DNA of 64,000 nt, from the NCBI GenBank assembly GCA_951406725.2, contig OX597816.1, positions 25,358,001 to 25,422,000 of the forward strand, given 5' to 3'. Positions 1-13,475 of the stretch are shown here, in pieces. The stretch's first letter is position 1. Each line of letters opens with the position of its first letter. The position numbers and the translations under genes are program-made. The notes beneath the pieces were generated by a model, which did not search any database, was not told the origin of the DNA, and saw nothing but the letters and a program-made list of their open reading frames with translations. This DNA comes from Octopus vulgaris. Its lineage: Eukaryota.

Positions 1-352
1 GCCTTGTACCTAGAGTAGAGAAAGAATTGGATTGTTCTGAACGAGCTGACCTACGATCAAAGAATGCGCGCATGTGTGATTTACATATGGTTTGTATATC
101 TGTATCTGTTTTTATATATAAGGCAAGAAATGAGTTAACAATTTTAGATGATTTGGTAAGATTTTAGATGTAGGGAATATTTGACATCTGAAATTTTGTT
201 GTACATCAGACCTTAATTAAAGTAGAGAGATGTGAATCATAATTGATTAACTCCCCAGTAAGTTTTTACTCAGAAAATACGCATGGTTTCTAGTCATACA
301 TCATAACAATTATTCTTAACTTCATCATTTCGCTTTCTATTTTTATTTTCAG

Positions 353-621
353 ATGCAAAGTGAATGATGTTAATTCGACTTGTTCAAAGGAGCAGACAAA
401 AGAATGTGATTTCATGAATGACAAAATCTTTGAAGCCTGCATTGAAAAGATCGGAGCTTCGCATCTAGAAGAATACTTGGAGTCTTGTAGAATCGATGTC
501 TGTAGTTATCACAATGATCCTACGAACCACCACTCTGTTTTCTGTCGAATCATTGAAGGTTTTGCTACAGAATGCGAAACTGTGGGAATTTTCGTTAATT
601 GGAGAGAAATATCACAATGCC
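353..621 (+). CDS. Exon U0 C8 domain
   Basis: ttttcAG|atgcaaa...caatgcc|GTAAG; [10 protein letters not shown]...CRIDVC...WREISQC. Confidence 0.9.
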
Positions 622-2676
622 GTAAGATTTACTGATTGTTTACATTCCTCTAAGAACATGATAAATGGCGCATTACATCTTGATGTATCAGAGATGAAAT
701 TTTGTCGAATTACATCTCAGTTCTTTGAGAGACTATAAAATAATATTTGGTAAATTCTTCGAATATATTGTTCGACTGTAGGATTCGAATTTGGACTTTT
801 AGATAACACTAATTCATAAACTCAAGGAAAAACTTTCGATGTCTGATCAGTGAGTATACGGACTATTGCTATAGTAACGAAGCCAAAGCAAATATCTGGA
901 CCACTCGTACATTTATGTGAAGTCCGTACACATTCTGCAACTTTCCGTCGACCTCTGACCTGGTATCACTATGACAACTTTCTCCGGCATGGTCAATGCG
1001 ACAATCATATGTTACACGCGTCCATTCCGAGAACTGCTGTAAACAGCAGAAGTTAGCTAGAACTTTAAGACTTCATGCGCATGCACAACCGAGTCGAACA
1101 CGTATTCTTGCCAAGCGGCTTCAGTCTACGTGGTTTAGCTTCGTTACAATCGGAGCAGTCCAGATACTTATTGATCAGATCTAGTATTACTGCATGTATA
1201 TAACGAAGCATAGAATTCTGAAATGCCTCCAAGTGCATAGCGTAAGAAATTTGCGAATATATTTAAGCCCTTTTTTAAACAAACCTTACTGAATACGCGA
1301 CAAAATTCTTCCTCGATATATTGTAGAGACTTGGTAGATTTGATTTGTATTTATTAGTATTTAAGTTGATTATTACTTTCGAATTAGATCCATCCCTGTT
1401 TCTTATACATAAATTTTCAGACAAATATTTGATATGTTGATTGATTCTCAAAACATTGCACTGAAGGTTTTCATATTATCGACATAGTTATTGTGTTCCT
1501 TGTAAATATTTTGCTATTTATAAGAAAATACCTGTTTGTTATGATTCTCCATTGTATTTTCTTCCAGCAACGAAATGCAAAGAAAATGAAGAATTCCAAT
1601 ACAAGACTAGCAGCTGCCAACCTTCGTGCGCTAATAGATCACCGAATTGCACAGGTTCCAGTCAAGGTTGTGTTTGTAGACAAGGCTTTATTCTGAGTGG
1701 TGAACAGTGTGTACCTGAAACAGAATGCGGCTGTATGGACAACAAGATATATATGAAGGTAAAATAGTGTATGAAAATTGTATACATAAACATACACGCG
1801 CGCGGTCACACACACAGACACACACATACACAGATAAAAATACATTGGGCTGTATAATAAATACTATTATGCATAAAAGATATAGATAGGTTATTGTTTA
1901 TTAAATTGATTAGTGGACATTTTTGTTGGTGTTTACTTTCGAACCGATCATCTGGTCACGACGTATACCTCCGTTATATAAAAGCTCTCTGTGTTCTACT
2001 AACAGAAATTAAACTAGGATTATCAATGATAGCGAATTCTAATGTATTATCATACGTGATAAAACAAGGCTTTGAGCTTCAGTCTTAGAAACACCATCAA
2101 TATTCTACTGGAATATTTTAAAGTTTCATCAAATGTTCAGTTCATAAATATACACTGGTATAATAAGGTTCTAATTTATTGAATTTTACCTACAGGTTAA
2201 TGAGGAAATTATATCAGCAGATTGTAAAACAAAGAAAATATGTAAACCTGGTAACGATATCGTAACAGAAGATATCACTCCTTGTGGTGAAAACAGCCAC
2301 TGCGGAATTGAAAGAGGGAAATATGCCTGTGTTTGTAACGAAAATTTCATTCTTCATAAGGGAAAGTGTGTTCACACTGGTGAGTAAAGGTTTTGTAATT
2401 ATTATTAATGCATTTTCATTGAACTGGTAATTTTAGACAAATAATTTGTTTTCAAGTATACTTGTAATACAGGATTGTATTACCCCTAATTTTTATGGTT
2501 ATAGAACCTAGCTGTTCTTTCTAACGTGTAGGATTTCTATAAGTGGATTCCTTATGTGTTTAAATATACGCTATATCGTATGACTAATATATAGTCTCTT
2601 TGACTAAATATTTTACACGTTAGACCACTGGAAATGTAAATTTTAATTAATTTCCATTTTCCTTTGATATGATTAA

Positions 2677-2719
<43 letters not shown>

Positions 2720-3169
2720 AATGTATATATATATTTACTCACACAGATAGACCCCCCCCCCAACACACACACATATACATGCGTACATACACTTACACAA
2801 ACCACCTACGCATATTCATACGTACAGAGACACATGTATATATTCTCTAACGTGTTTCGTATCCGAAATTATTCCTCGTATTTATACATTGACTTCACGT
2901 TTGTGCATCACCTTAGTCGCATCCCCCGTATTATGGGAGACTGTAAATGTCCTGCGTCGTGGAAGTTATAGTCTTCGAATTTTAAACGCACCGAAATTGC
3001 GCGTGCAGTCTTGTCTGCATTGTTGAGGAAAAGATTTCCCTGTGTCTTTGTTTCCCGTTCCTATGTCTTTAATCGTTTTCATTTTCCGTTTTGAACTTTT
3101 GCACACACACGTATATATATATATATATACATACACATGCATACACACATACCCACATAAGTACATACA

Positions 3170-3202
<33 letters not shown>

Positions 3203-6200
3203 GCATACATACATATATACATACATACATACGTACGTACACACATTCATACATACATACATACATGCATACATACATACATACATACATACATACATAC
3301 ATACATACATACATACATACATACGTACGTAAATACATACATACATACACACGCACATAGATACATACATGCATACATACATACATACATACATACATAC
3401 ATACATACATACATGCATAGATACATACATACATAAATACATACATACATAAGTAAAAAGTTTTTCTTAGGCATGTGACTTAGTCGTCTGTTCTTTTTCG
3501 TTAATCGTTTCCGTATGCCATTTTGAAGTTTTATATTTATACACATACATACATACATACATATCTGCAAATGTCGACATTTTAAAACAAAAAGCGGAAT
3601 TTTATAACGCCGCCTTGTCAAAGGCCGGTTATAGGGATAAGGTATCATATATCGATTCGGCCCATGCTAAACTAATATTTACCCATCAAGATAAGATAAC
3701 TACTAATAATAATATAAATAACATAATTAGTGATTTCAGCTCTAGCAACGTCGACACTAATATATCTAACAAAAATAATTTGCGAACCAGGGGAGGCCAT
3801 CGTAAACCAAAACCCATTCTACTACACATAAATACGCCCTTTAATGTAAATGTTAACACTCTGAGCCTTTCCAGGAACAAAAAAAAACTATATCAGGTTT
3901 GTGATTCCTTTCGGGAAACAAATCAGGTCTAACATCCCTTTACAATTCCGTGAAGCTGTAGCTAAGAATTTTCCTAGGAATTCTAGATATTACTCCACTA
4001 TAAATTCGCATAAAGTAAGGATTGCATTCTCAAATACTAAAAATCTATCGCAGATAATAACCTCCCACAATAATAAGCAGCTAAATAAGGTCTCATCACC
4101 CATGAGTAGCGACACCGCCCTTACCTATTCCAACGTAACATACAATAATAATAATAATAGAAGTAGTATGGATGTTAGCAACATTCATAGCAGCATTGGC
4201 GTTAGCAATAGTAATAATGATAATAACATTAGCCAGATTATTAACAGTGGTGGTGTTAGTGGTAATAGTAACAGCATTCTTAATAACAGTTATATTATTG
4301 ATGATAACAAACGCAGCATTCCTATAGCCAGGCAATTTGCCGACGATATTACAACTAGTAGTAATGATAATAAGACGAATAGTATCATGGCCAAAGCCAG
4401 CAACAATTTTTACACCTATCACAACAATAAAAATTCTGTCTTAGTATCGGAAACACATACGCAAATATAAAATTTTATTTCAATATCAACAGATGCTTGT
4501 CATGGCGGACCTTGCAGAAATGGTGCCACATGTCTGAAAGTTGGCAGAGATTTCCAATGTATCTGCGCTCCAGGTTTCCGTGGTAAAACCTGTTCCGAAA
4601 GTATGTCTACTCTTCTCTTTACAATTTCGTTACTAAATGTCTTATTGTAAATGAGATCAACATGTTTTCAGGACAGAAGGAATAGAATGAAAAAGAATAG
4701 AAACATTGTGTTTCGCAAAACTATTAAAGAAATAGTGCAGTAAAAGAGAAACATGAACCGGCGTAGTTACCAATTTATCATTAACTAAGTTGACTAAGGA
4801 AATTGAATTAATAACATATCTTATGATTTCTGAAATATCGAAATATATAAATACTAACATGTTTATTAAGAGAGCGAGAATTCATTTATGCATTCACTGA
4901 TAAAAGCGTAAGTCATAATATGATGTGAATAAGTATTACATTATTACGTGTGTTTATACATAGATATATACAAAATTTAGAGGACTGGCCACTAAAAGTG
5001 GACAGTCTATATGCTAGATATAGACAGCAAAATAGCCATTTTAACGTCTATAGCCCTAGGAAAAGTGAGTCAAAATCTTGAGAAGTACATGGAACAAATA
5101 ACGACCGCAATAAATGAGGAGCACTTGCAGAAAACAGCACTGCTTGGAACTGCTCGAATACTCAGAATATCGCTGGAAAAGTAAGAAAGTGAGGTGGATG
5201 GTAATGGGTATGAGGTAGATGATGGTGGTGGGGGTAACGACGACGATGATGATGATAGACGAATATTCTAAATATATATTTCATATATGTTGTTGTTTTC
5301 GAAGCATTATCCAGGGGCTTATAATATAATGTTTACAAGTTTATATAATGAATATTTTCAGCTTTGAAACCATGTATATGTAAAGTGTCTGGTGACCCTC
5401 ACTACAGAGCGTTCGATGGACAAATGATACATTTCATGGGCACATGCAAATATACACTGGCTACTAATATGGACGGATCGAATAATACCTACTTTTCTGT
5501 TGAAGTAAAGAACGAACACCGAGGGAATAACCGTGTATCTTACACACGTTTAATGGATGTCAAACTCACTGGTTTCACAATTCGTCTGTTGCCAGCTAAC
5601 AAAATCTTGGTACGTACATTTTGTCTCTCTTCAATCTATACTTGTGTAAATGTGTAATAACCATCCATAATATTATTTTGCATGCCAAGTTGTTTTTTCG
5701 AATGTCACGCTTGTAATAACTGTAAACAAGAAACGAAACGAAGATATAATGCAATGAAACAAATTTAAATCGTAGACTTAGAAAAAAATTGAAAATGAAA
5801 CTAAATCAAAGACGTAATCGTAATATTAAACGTATCGAATCAATAACAAAATACTGAAGATATTGACGTATTAAATTAGATATGAAGTCATTCATAAAAT
5901 GTGGAATTAATCCTCGTTAATACAATATGATTAATGACGGATTTTAGCGATTGCCAAACAAATGAACGTAAGAGACCCTCCTTTACTCGGCGAGATGCTA
6001 ACGAACTGCCTTTCAGCGGGTCGGATGTAAACTCGTCAGTACTTGAAAAAAGGGCCTCTTATTTTCAATTGTCATCACTTCCAAAAGACAGTGTGAGTAA
6101 TTCATAGACATTTGAGTGTTTTACTTTAAAGTTCTCAAAGCCCTTCAAGTGTGATACAGGAAGGGATCTATCAACATCTGTTACGTAACATCATAAAAGA

Positions 6201-9200
6201 CGGGTGTAAACATTAGCGATAGGCATTTTTGGCTTTCAGAAGATGTTGATACGAATGCGTGTCAATTGCACTATAATTCCCATCCCCTTAAGTATATTCA
6301 AAGGTGACCAAATTATAAAGAGAGCCAAATGTGTTGTAGCAGTGATATATATATATATATATTGAGATATTGCTTGGGCTGAATTCAAAAATCTGGATTC
6401 GACTGCAGCTTTTGAGGTGTACAAAACTCAACGAGACCGAGCCGTGAAAATTGAAAAGAAAGAACGCTTCAGTTATGAATACAAAATCGCGGCAAATGCC
6501 GTAGCAATCCAAAACCTTCTTTGCCCATGTCCAGCGGAATTCCCGCTTGAACAACCAGATTGCAACGTTGGTAGACTCAACAGGCGTATCGATTGAGGAC
6601 CCTTATCAACAGAGTCAATTATTTGCCGAGGCTTTTTCAACTATTTTCAAACAAGATGATGGTCGTGAACCCCCTCCATTTGATAGATCGGTACCTCCAA
6701 TGCTTCGATTGATCATCACGCGGGACCAAGTCAAACGTGTTATTCAAGGCCTCGATGTCAACAAGGGTCACGGCCCTGACGGCATACACCCACGGGTTAT
6801 CAAAGCGTTGGCTCCGGTCATCTGCGAGCCCTTAACACGACTATTCAATATGTCATTGGCGACGGGTGTTATACCTGCAGACTGGAGAACAGCGATAATC
6901 TGCCCAATTTTCAAGAAAGGGAGCCGTAAGACCCGCTTAACTACCGACCGGTTTCCCTTACATCAATAATCAGCAAGATGTTCGAAACCATCCTTAAGAA
7001 AAGTATGATGCTCCACCTCCTAAACACAGCCTCGATCACTGATTCCCAACACGGCTTCGTGCCGAAGAGATCATGCTTGACCAACTTACTAGTAATGGAA
7101 GAATTGGTGACGCGCATCCTCGATGATAGTGATGCTGTTGACATCGTTTTATTGGACTTTGCCAAAGCTTTTGACTCGGTAAACCACCGCCTACTACTTG
7201 TCAAGCTTCAAGCATATAGTTTCCATCCGGATATTGTACGATGGGTTGGTGCCTTCCTCTCAGATCGCTCCTTCCAAGTTCAAGTTAATGGTTCGCGGTC
7301 CGACGTCTCCAGTGCGAGCAGTGGCGTGCCTCAAGGTTCAGTGCTTGGGCCCATGTTGTTCTTAGTCTTCATAAATGACTTGCCCGACGACCTCACGCAA
7401 CACACCCTTCTATTTGCCGACGATATCAAACTGGTCGCTCCTCGCGGTAGTATAGAGGATCTTCGTCGATGCCTCCACCAAATTTGGAAGTGGTCTAACG
7501 ATTGGGACCTGTGTCTGAACGTGTCAAAGTGCTGTCATCTGCCTGTCGGCTCTACTCCTGCAACTCAACTTGATTTCGAGCCGGGTCGTCTGCTGCTGGA
7601 GAGGACCGATCAGGTAAAGGACCTGGGTATCTTGGTGGATTCCTCCTTTTCGCCTTCGGCCCAGTGCGTCCATGCTGCCAACAAAGCGCGCGGAATTCTG
7701 TTTTTGATTCGACGGTCATTCGGAATGCTCACAGCAGCCATATTCCTGCCACTCTATGTCACGCTGGTGAGACCCATAATGGAGTATGGGATTCAAGCCT
7801 CTTCTCCTTATCTCCTCAAAGACATACAGCACCTCGAAAGAGTCCAGAGGCTGGCTACCCGCATGGTTCATGGTCTCAAAAATGTGTCCTACGAAGAAAG
7901 GCTGAGGACGCTCGACCTTTATTCTCTTGAAAAACGCCGCCGCCGTGGTGATCTCATTCTCGCTCACAACATCATAAGCGGAAAGTGTAACCTCTCGAAA
8001 GAGCTGTTCCTCACTCCTGCTCCGGACCGTCGGCTGCGGGGTCATTCCGAAAAGCTCTACCTGCGACGATTTCATCTCAATCGAAGGAGAGGAGCTTTCT
8101 CCGTCCGGGTTGCGGATCCGTGGAACAAGCTGCCAGACGAGATGGTGAAGATGCCGACGACCGTTTTGTTCAAAGCCTCCCTTGACCTCAAGTGGCCTGA
8201 ACTCTTTACATGAACACCACCCTGTACTTAACTCCATGTCCCCCTACATGGCCTTGCTATTTGCTTTTGAGCCAAATTAACTAACTAACTAACTAACTAA
8301 CTAACATATATATATATATATATATATATATACTGGTGAAAATTGTTTATGTCGACGCTCAGCTTAACGGTTCAGCAAATACAGCCAATAGGGCAGGTAC
8401 TAGATAATAAATAGATGTACGTGGGTGGATTTGCTCGGGTAAACTTTTCAAGGTGGTGTCCCAGCATAGCCAAAGTCAATGAGGGAAACAAGTAAAATAT
8501 TAAAAATAATACATGCATTATATATTTAAAAAAATATTACTTGATTTGCATACCTGTCCTATTTTCTTGAATTTAATTTTCAGATAAATTCAGAAGAGAA
8601 ATCGTTACCTGTAAATTATAAAGAGTTTTCAGCCACGTACTCTGTCGGGTGGATTACAATTACCACTAAATGGGGTTTGAAGGTGATGTTTGATGGTAGA
8701 CACAGAGTCACTGTTACATTACCACCAATATTTGCCGATCAACTGACTGGAATCTGTGGAGATTGTAACGGAGAAAAAGATGACTTCCGTACAAAATCTG
8801 GTGAAGATGTTTCTCATAAAGCAAATAAATTTTCTTTAATTGGTGCCAGTTACCAAGTTGAAGATGACAGTGATAAACCCGAAACAAAGTAATGATTATT
8901 TTCTTTCTCAAACTCCAAAATCAAGAATAAATAATATGTAAATTGTTGATAGTATTTTAAATGCCACAAGAAATATGTAAAAGTATTATGTTTAAATATG
9001 AAGATTTAGCTGTTTTCACGTTAATCTGTGATTATTCACATTATTTACATTGGACGGATATGTGTCCTGATTTTGTTTGTTGTTACCACAACGTTTCCGT
9101 AGAAGTTTAAACCTTGGTATCTCGTTACAAAGATATCTTTTGCTGATGCTGTTGTTGTTATCATTATTAGTATTATTATTCAAATGAATTGAACTCGCAA

Positions 9201-12200
9201 CTTGGAGGTAGTAGCCCTCGCTCTTAACCATTACGCTATATGCCCATGGGCAGTTATTGTTGTTGATTATGTGCTACGTATGTCAGTTAATACCATCTCT
9301 GGCAAGGGCTTTGAAATAAAACCAAGAAGAAGTTCCAGACACCCAGCTGAGTACTTGACAGACACTGACTTTGCTGACGACATCGCTCTTATCAGTGATT
9401 CTCTCTCCAATGCCCAGTCTCTTTTACAATCTCTTGAACAAGCCTCAAATTGTGTAGGTCTTTACCTCAATGAGGCCAAAACTGAATACATAAACAAGTG
9501 CCTGTCCAACAGTGAGTGCATCATCCATACTCTCAACAACGCGCCCTTAAATATGGTTTCTGATTATAAATATCTTGGGTCATACATATCATCATCTGGA
9601 AAATACTTTCTAACTATAAAGGGTATGGCCTGGTCAGCCTGTAATGACATGCATAAGAACTGGTCATCAAATCTAAGTAGAGACTTCAAACTTGAAATAT
9701 TCAAAGCCACAGTCGAACCAATTCTACTATATGGCTCAGAAACCTGGACGTTATCAAAGAAGCTTGAGAGTCGGTTGGATGGAACCTACACACGCCTCCT
9801 TATGAGAGCTCAAAATCTCTCGTGGAAGCGCCATCCAACCAAAATGCAAATATATGGGAAATTACCACCTGTGTCATCTCTTGTGAAAGGTAGGAGAGTC
9901 CAGTTTGCTGGACATTGTTGTAGAGCTGAAAAAGAAGTAATTTCTACTCTTCTCCTCTGGAAGCCATCTACTCGCAATACCAGAGGGCGCACACTCTCCT
10001 ACCCTGATGTAATCTCCAGGGATACAGGCATCCAGCAACAGGACCTCCGTAATGCCATGATGGACCGTGAAGTCTGGCGTAGCATGGTAAATTCCATTGT
10101 CTCGACCACGGTCGAACAATGATGATGATGATGAGTTATTGAGTCAGTTTTAGGGGTTATAAAACTAATATAGAACAGCTAATGAGTGAGCTGGCAGAAT
10201 GTTTAGAACGTGGCAAAAATGATTAGCGGCATTCCCTTAGGTTCCTTATGTTCTGATTTCGGGATCGATAAAATTACCAGTTAAATACGAGATCGATGTT
10301 ATTGATTAGCCCCCCCATACCGATAAACGGCTGGTAATATGCCAAAATTTGAAACTATGGTTATTTAAGGTGGTCAGCCATAAATAAAAATAGTTTCCTT
10401 TACGGCACACATCAAAATGTTTAGTATTATTTCTGTCGGCTTTTTGCGCTCTGCGTTGAAACGTTGACGAAAACATCTTTGATTTTCATCCGTGCAGACT
10501 CGATAAAGGAAGTAGAAATTGAGCTGGAACCGACTCACTCCATCCTCTCAAACCTCAGATTTTGTGTCTGTCGTAGAAAGAATTATTTATGCTTTAACTT
10601 TGAAAGTTTTCAGTCAAAGCGGAGGAAATGTGTTAAGGAATTTTGGCCGAGGTCGACTTTGCCTTTCATACTTTCAGGGTCGATACATTAAGTACCAGTT
10701 GCATAATGGAGTCGATTTAATCGATTGGCCCCTTGTCCAAATATTTCGGGCCTTGTACCTAGAGTAGAGAAAGAATTGGATTGTTCTGATCGAGCTGACC
10801 TACGATCAAAGAATGCGCGCATGTGTGATTTACATATGGTTTGTATATCTGTATCTGTTTTTATATATAAGGCAAGAAATGAGTTAACAATTTTAGATGA
10901 TTTGGTAAGATTTTAGATGTAGGGAATATTTGACATCTGAAATTTTGTTGTACATCAGACCTTAATTAAAGTAGAGAGATGTGAATCATAATTGATTAAC
11001 TCCCCAGTAAGTTTTTACTCAGAAAATACGCATGGTTTCTAGTCATACATCATAACAATTATTCTTAACTTCATCATTTCGCTTTCTATTTTTATTTTCA
11101 GATGCAAAGTGAATGATGTTAATTCGACTTGTTCAAAGGAGCAGACAAAAGAATGTGATTTCATGAATGACAAAATCTTTGAAGCCTGCATTGAAAAGAT
11201 CGGAGCTTCGCATCTAGAAGAATACTTGGAGTCTTGTAGAATCGATGTCTGTAGTTATCACAATGATCCTACGAACAGTTACTCTGTTTTCTGTCGAATC
11301 ATTGAAGGTTTTGCTACAGAATGCGAAAGTGTGGGAATTTTCGTTAATTGGAGAGAAATATCACAATGCCGTAAGATTTACTGATTCTTTACATTCCTCT
11401 AAGAACATGATAAATGGCGCATTACATCTTGATGTATCAGAGATGAAATTTTGTCGAATTACATCTCAGTTCTTTGAGAGACTATAAAATAATATTTGGT
11501 AAATTCTTCGAATATATTGTTCGACTGTAGGATTCGAATTTGGGCTTTTAGATAACACTAATTCATAAACTCAAGGAAAAACTTTCGATGTCTGATCAGT
11601 GAGTATACGGACTGTTGCTATAGTAACGAAGCCAAAGCAAATATCTGGACCACTCGTACATTTATGTGAAGTCCGTACACTTTCTGCAACTTTCCGTCGA
11701 CCTCTGACCTGGTCTCACTATGACAACTTTCTCTGGCATGGTCAATGCGACAATCATATGTTTCACGCGTCCATTCCGAGAACTGCTGTAAACAGAAGAA
11801 GTGAGCTAGAACTTTAAAACTTCATGCGCATGCACAACCGAGTCGAAGGTGAATTCTTGCCAAGCGGCTTCAGTCTACGTGATTTAGCTTCGTTACAATC
11901 GGAGCAGTCCGGATACTTATTGATCAGATCTAGTATTACTGCATGTATATAACGAAGCATAGAATTCTGAAATGCCTCCAAGTGCATAGCGTAAGAAATT
12001 TGCGAATAGATTTCAGCCCTTTTTTAAACAAACCTTACAGAATACGCGACACAATTCTTCCTCGATATATTGTAGAGACTTGGTAGACTTGATTTGTATT
12101 TATTAGTATTTAAGTTGATTATTACTTCCGAATTAGATCCATCCCTGTTTCTTGTCTTATACATAAATTTTCAGATAAATATTTGATACTTTGATTGATT

Positions 12201-13431
12201 CTCAAAACATTGCACTGAAGGTTTTCATATTATCGACATAGTTATTGTGTTCCTTGTAAATATTTTGCTATTTATAAGAAAATACCTGTTTGTTATGATT
12301 CTCCATTCTATTTTCTTCCAGCGACGAAATGCAAAGAAAATGAAGAGTTCCAATACAAGACTAGCAGCTGCCAACCTTCGTGCGCTGATAGATCACCGAA
12401 TTGCACAGGTTCCAGTCAAGGTTGTGTTTGTAGACAAGGCTATATTCTGAGTGGTGAACAGTGTGTACCTGAAACAGAATGCGGCTGTATCGACAACAAG
12501 ATATATATGAAGGTAAAATAGTGTATGAAAACTTGTATACATAAACATACACGCGCGCGGTCACACACACAGACACACACATACACAGATAGAAACACAT
12601 TGGGCTGTATAATAAATAGCATTATGCATAAAAGATATAGATAGGTTATTGTTTATTAAATTGATTACTGGACATTTTTGTTGGTGTTTACTTTCGAACC
12701 GATCATCTGGTTACGACGTATACTTCCCTTATATAAAAGCTCTCTGTGTTCTACTAACAGAAATTAAACTAGGAATATCAGTGATAGCGTATTCTAATGT
12801 ATTACCATCCGTGATAAAATAAGGTTTTGAGCTTCAGTCTTAGAAACACCATCAATATTCTACTGGAATATTTTAACGTTTCATCAAATGTTCAGTCCAT
12901 AAATATACACTGGTATAATAAGGTTCTAATTTATTGAATTTTACCTACAGGTAAATGAGGAAATTATATCAGCAGATTGTAAAACAAAGAAAATATGTAA
13001 ACCTGGTAACGAAATCGTAACAGAAGATATCACTCCTTGTGGTGAAAACAGCCACTGCGGAATTGAAAGAGGGAAATATGCCTGTATTTGTAACAAAAAT
13101 TTCGTTCTTCATAAGGGAAAATGTGTTCACACTGGTGAGTAAAGGTTTTGTAATTATTATTAATGCATTTTCATTGAACTGGTAATTTTAGACAAATAAT
13201 TTGTTTTCAAGTATAATTGTAATACAGGATTGTATTACCCCCAATTTTTATGGTTATAGAACCTAGCTGTTCTTTCTAACGTGTAGAGTGTCTATAAGTG
13301 GATTCCTTATGTGTTTAAATATACGCTATATCGTATGACTAATATATAGTCTCTTTGACTAAATATTTTACACGTTAGACCACTGGAAATGTAAATTTTA
13401 ATTAATTTCCATTTTCCTTTGATATGATTAA

Positions 13432-13475
<44 letters not shown>

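Noticed and set aside
850-1056. Recurrent 68-72 aa ORF MSIR...(five to six copies)
   Set aside because: Lies within the mariner relic; its recurrence is explained by the segmental duplication.
2840-3100. ~260-bp block between microsatellites, present in four units, with a CGAAACGC/ACGTTAG-like end on the minus strand
   Set aside because: Probably a repeat fragment, but no CUGANGA core, TIR, TSD or protein motif could be supported.
2669-3648. ORFs rich in [12 protein letters not shown] (also at 13.3-14.5, 21.7-22.1, 28.6-29.7, 35.0-35.9, 51.0-51.9 kb)
   Set aside because: Translations of (CATA)n, (TA)n and (CA)n microsatellites; not genes.
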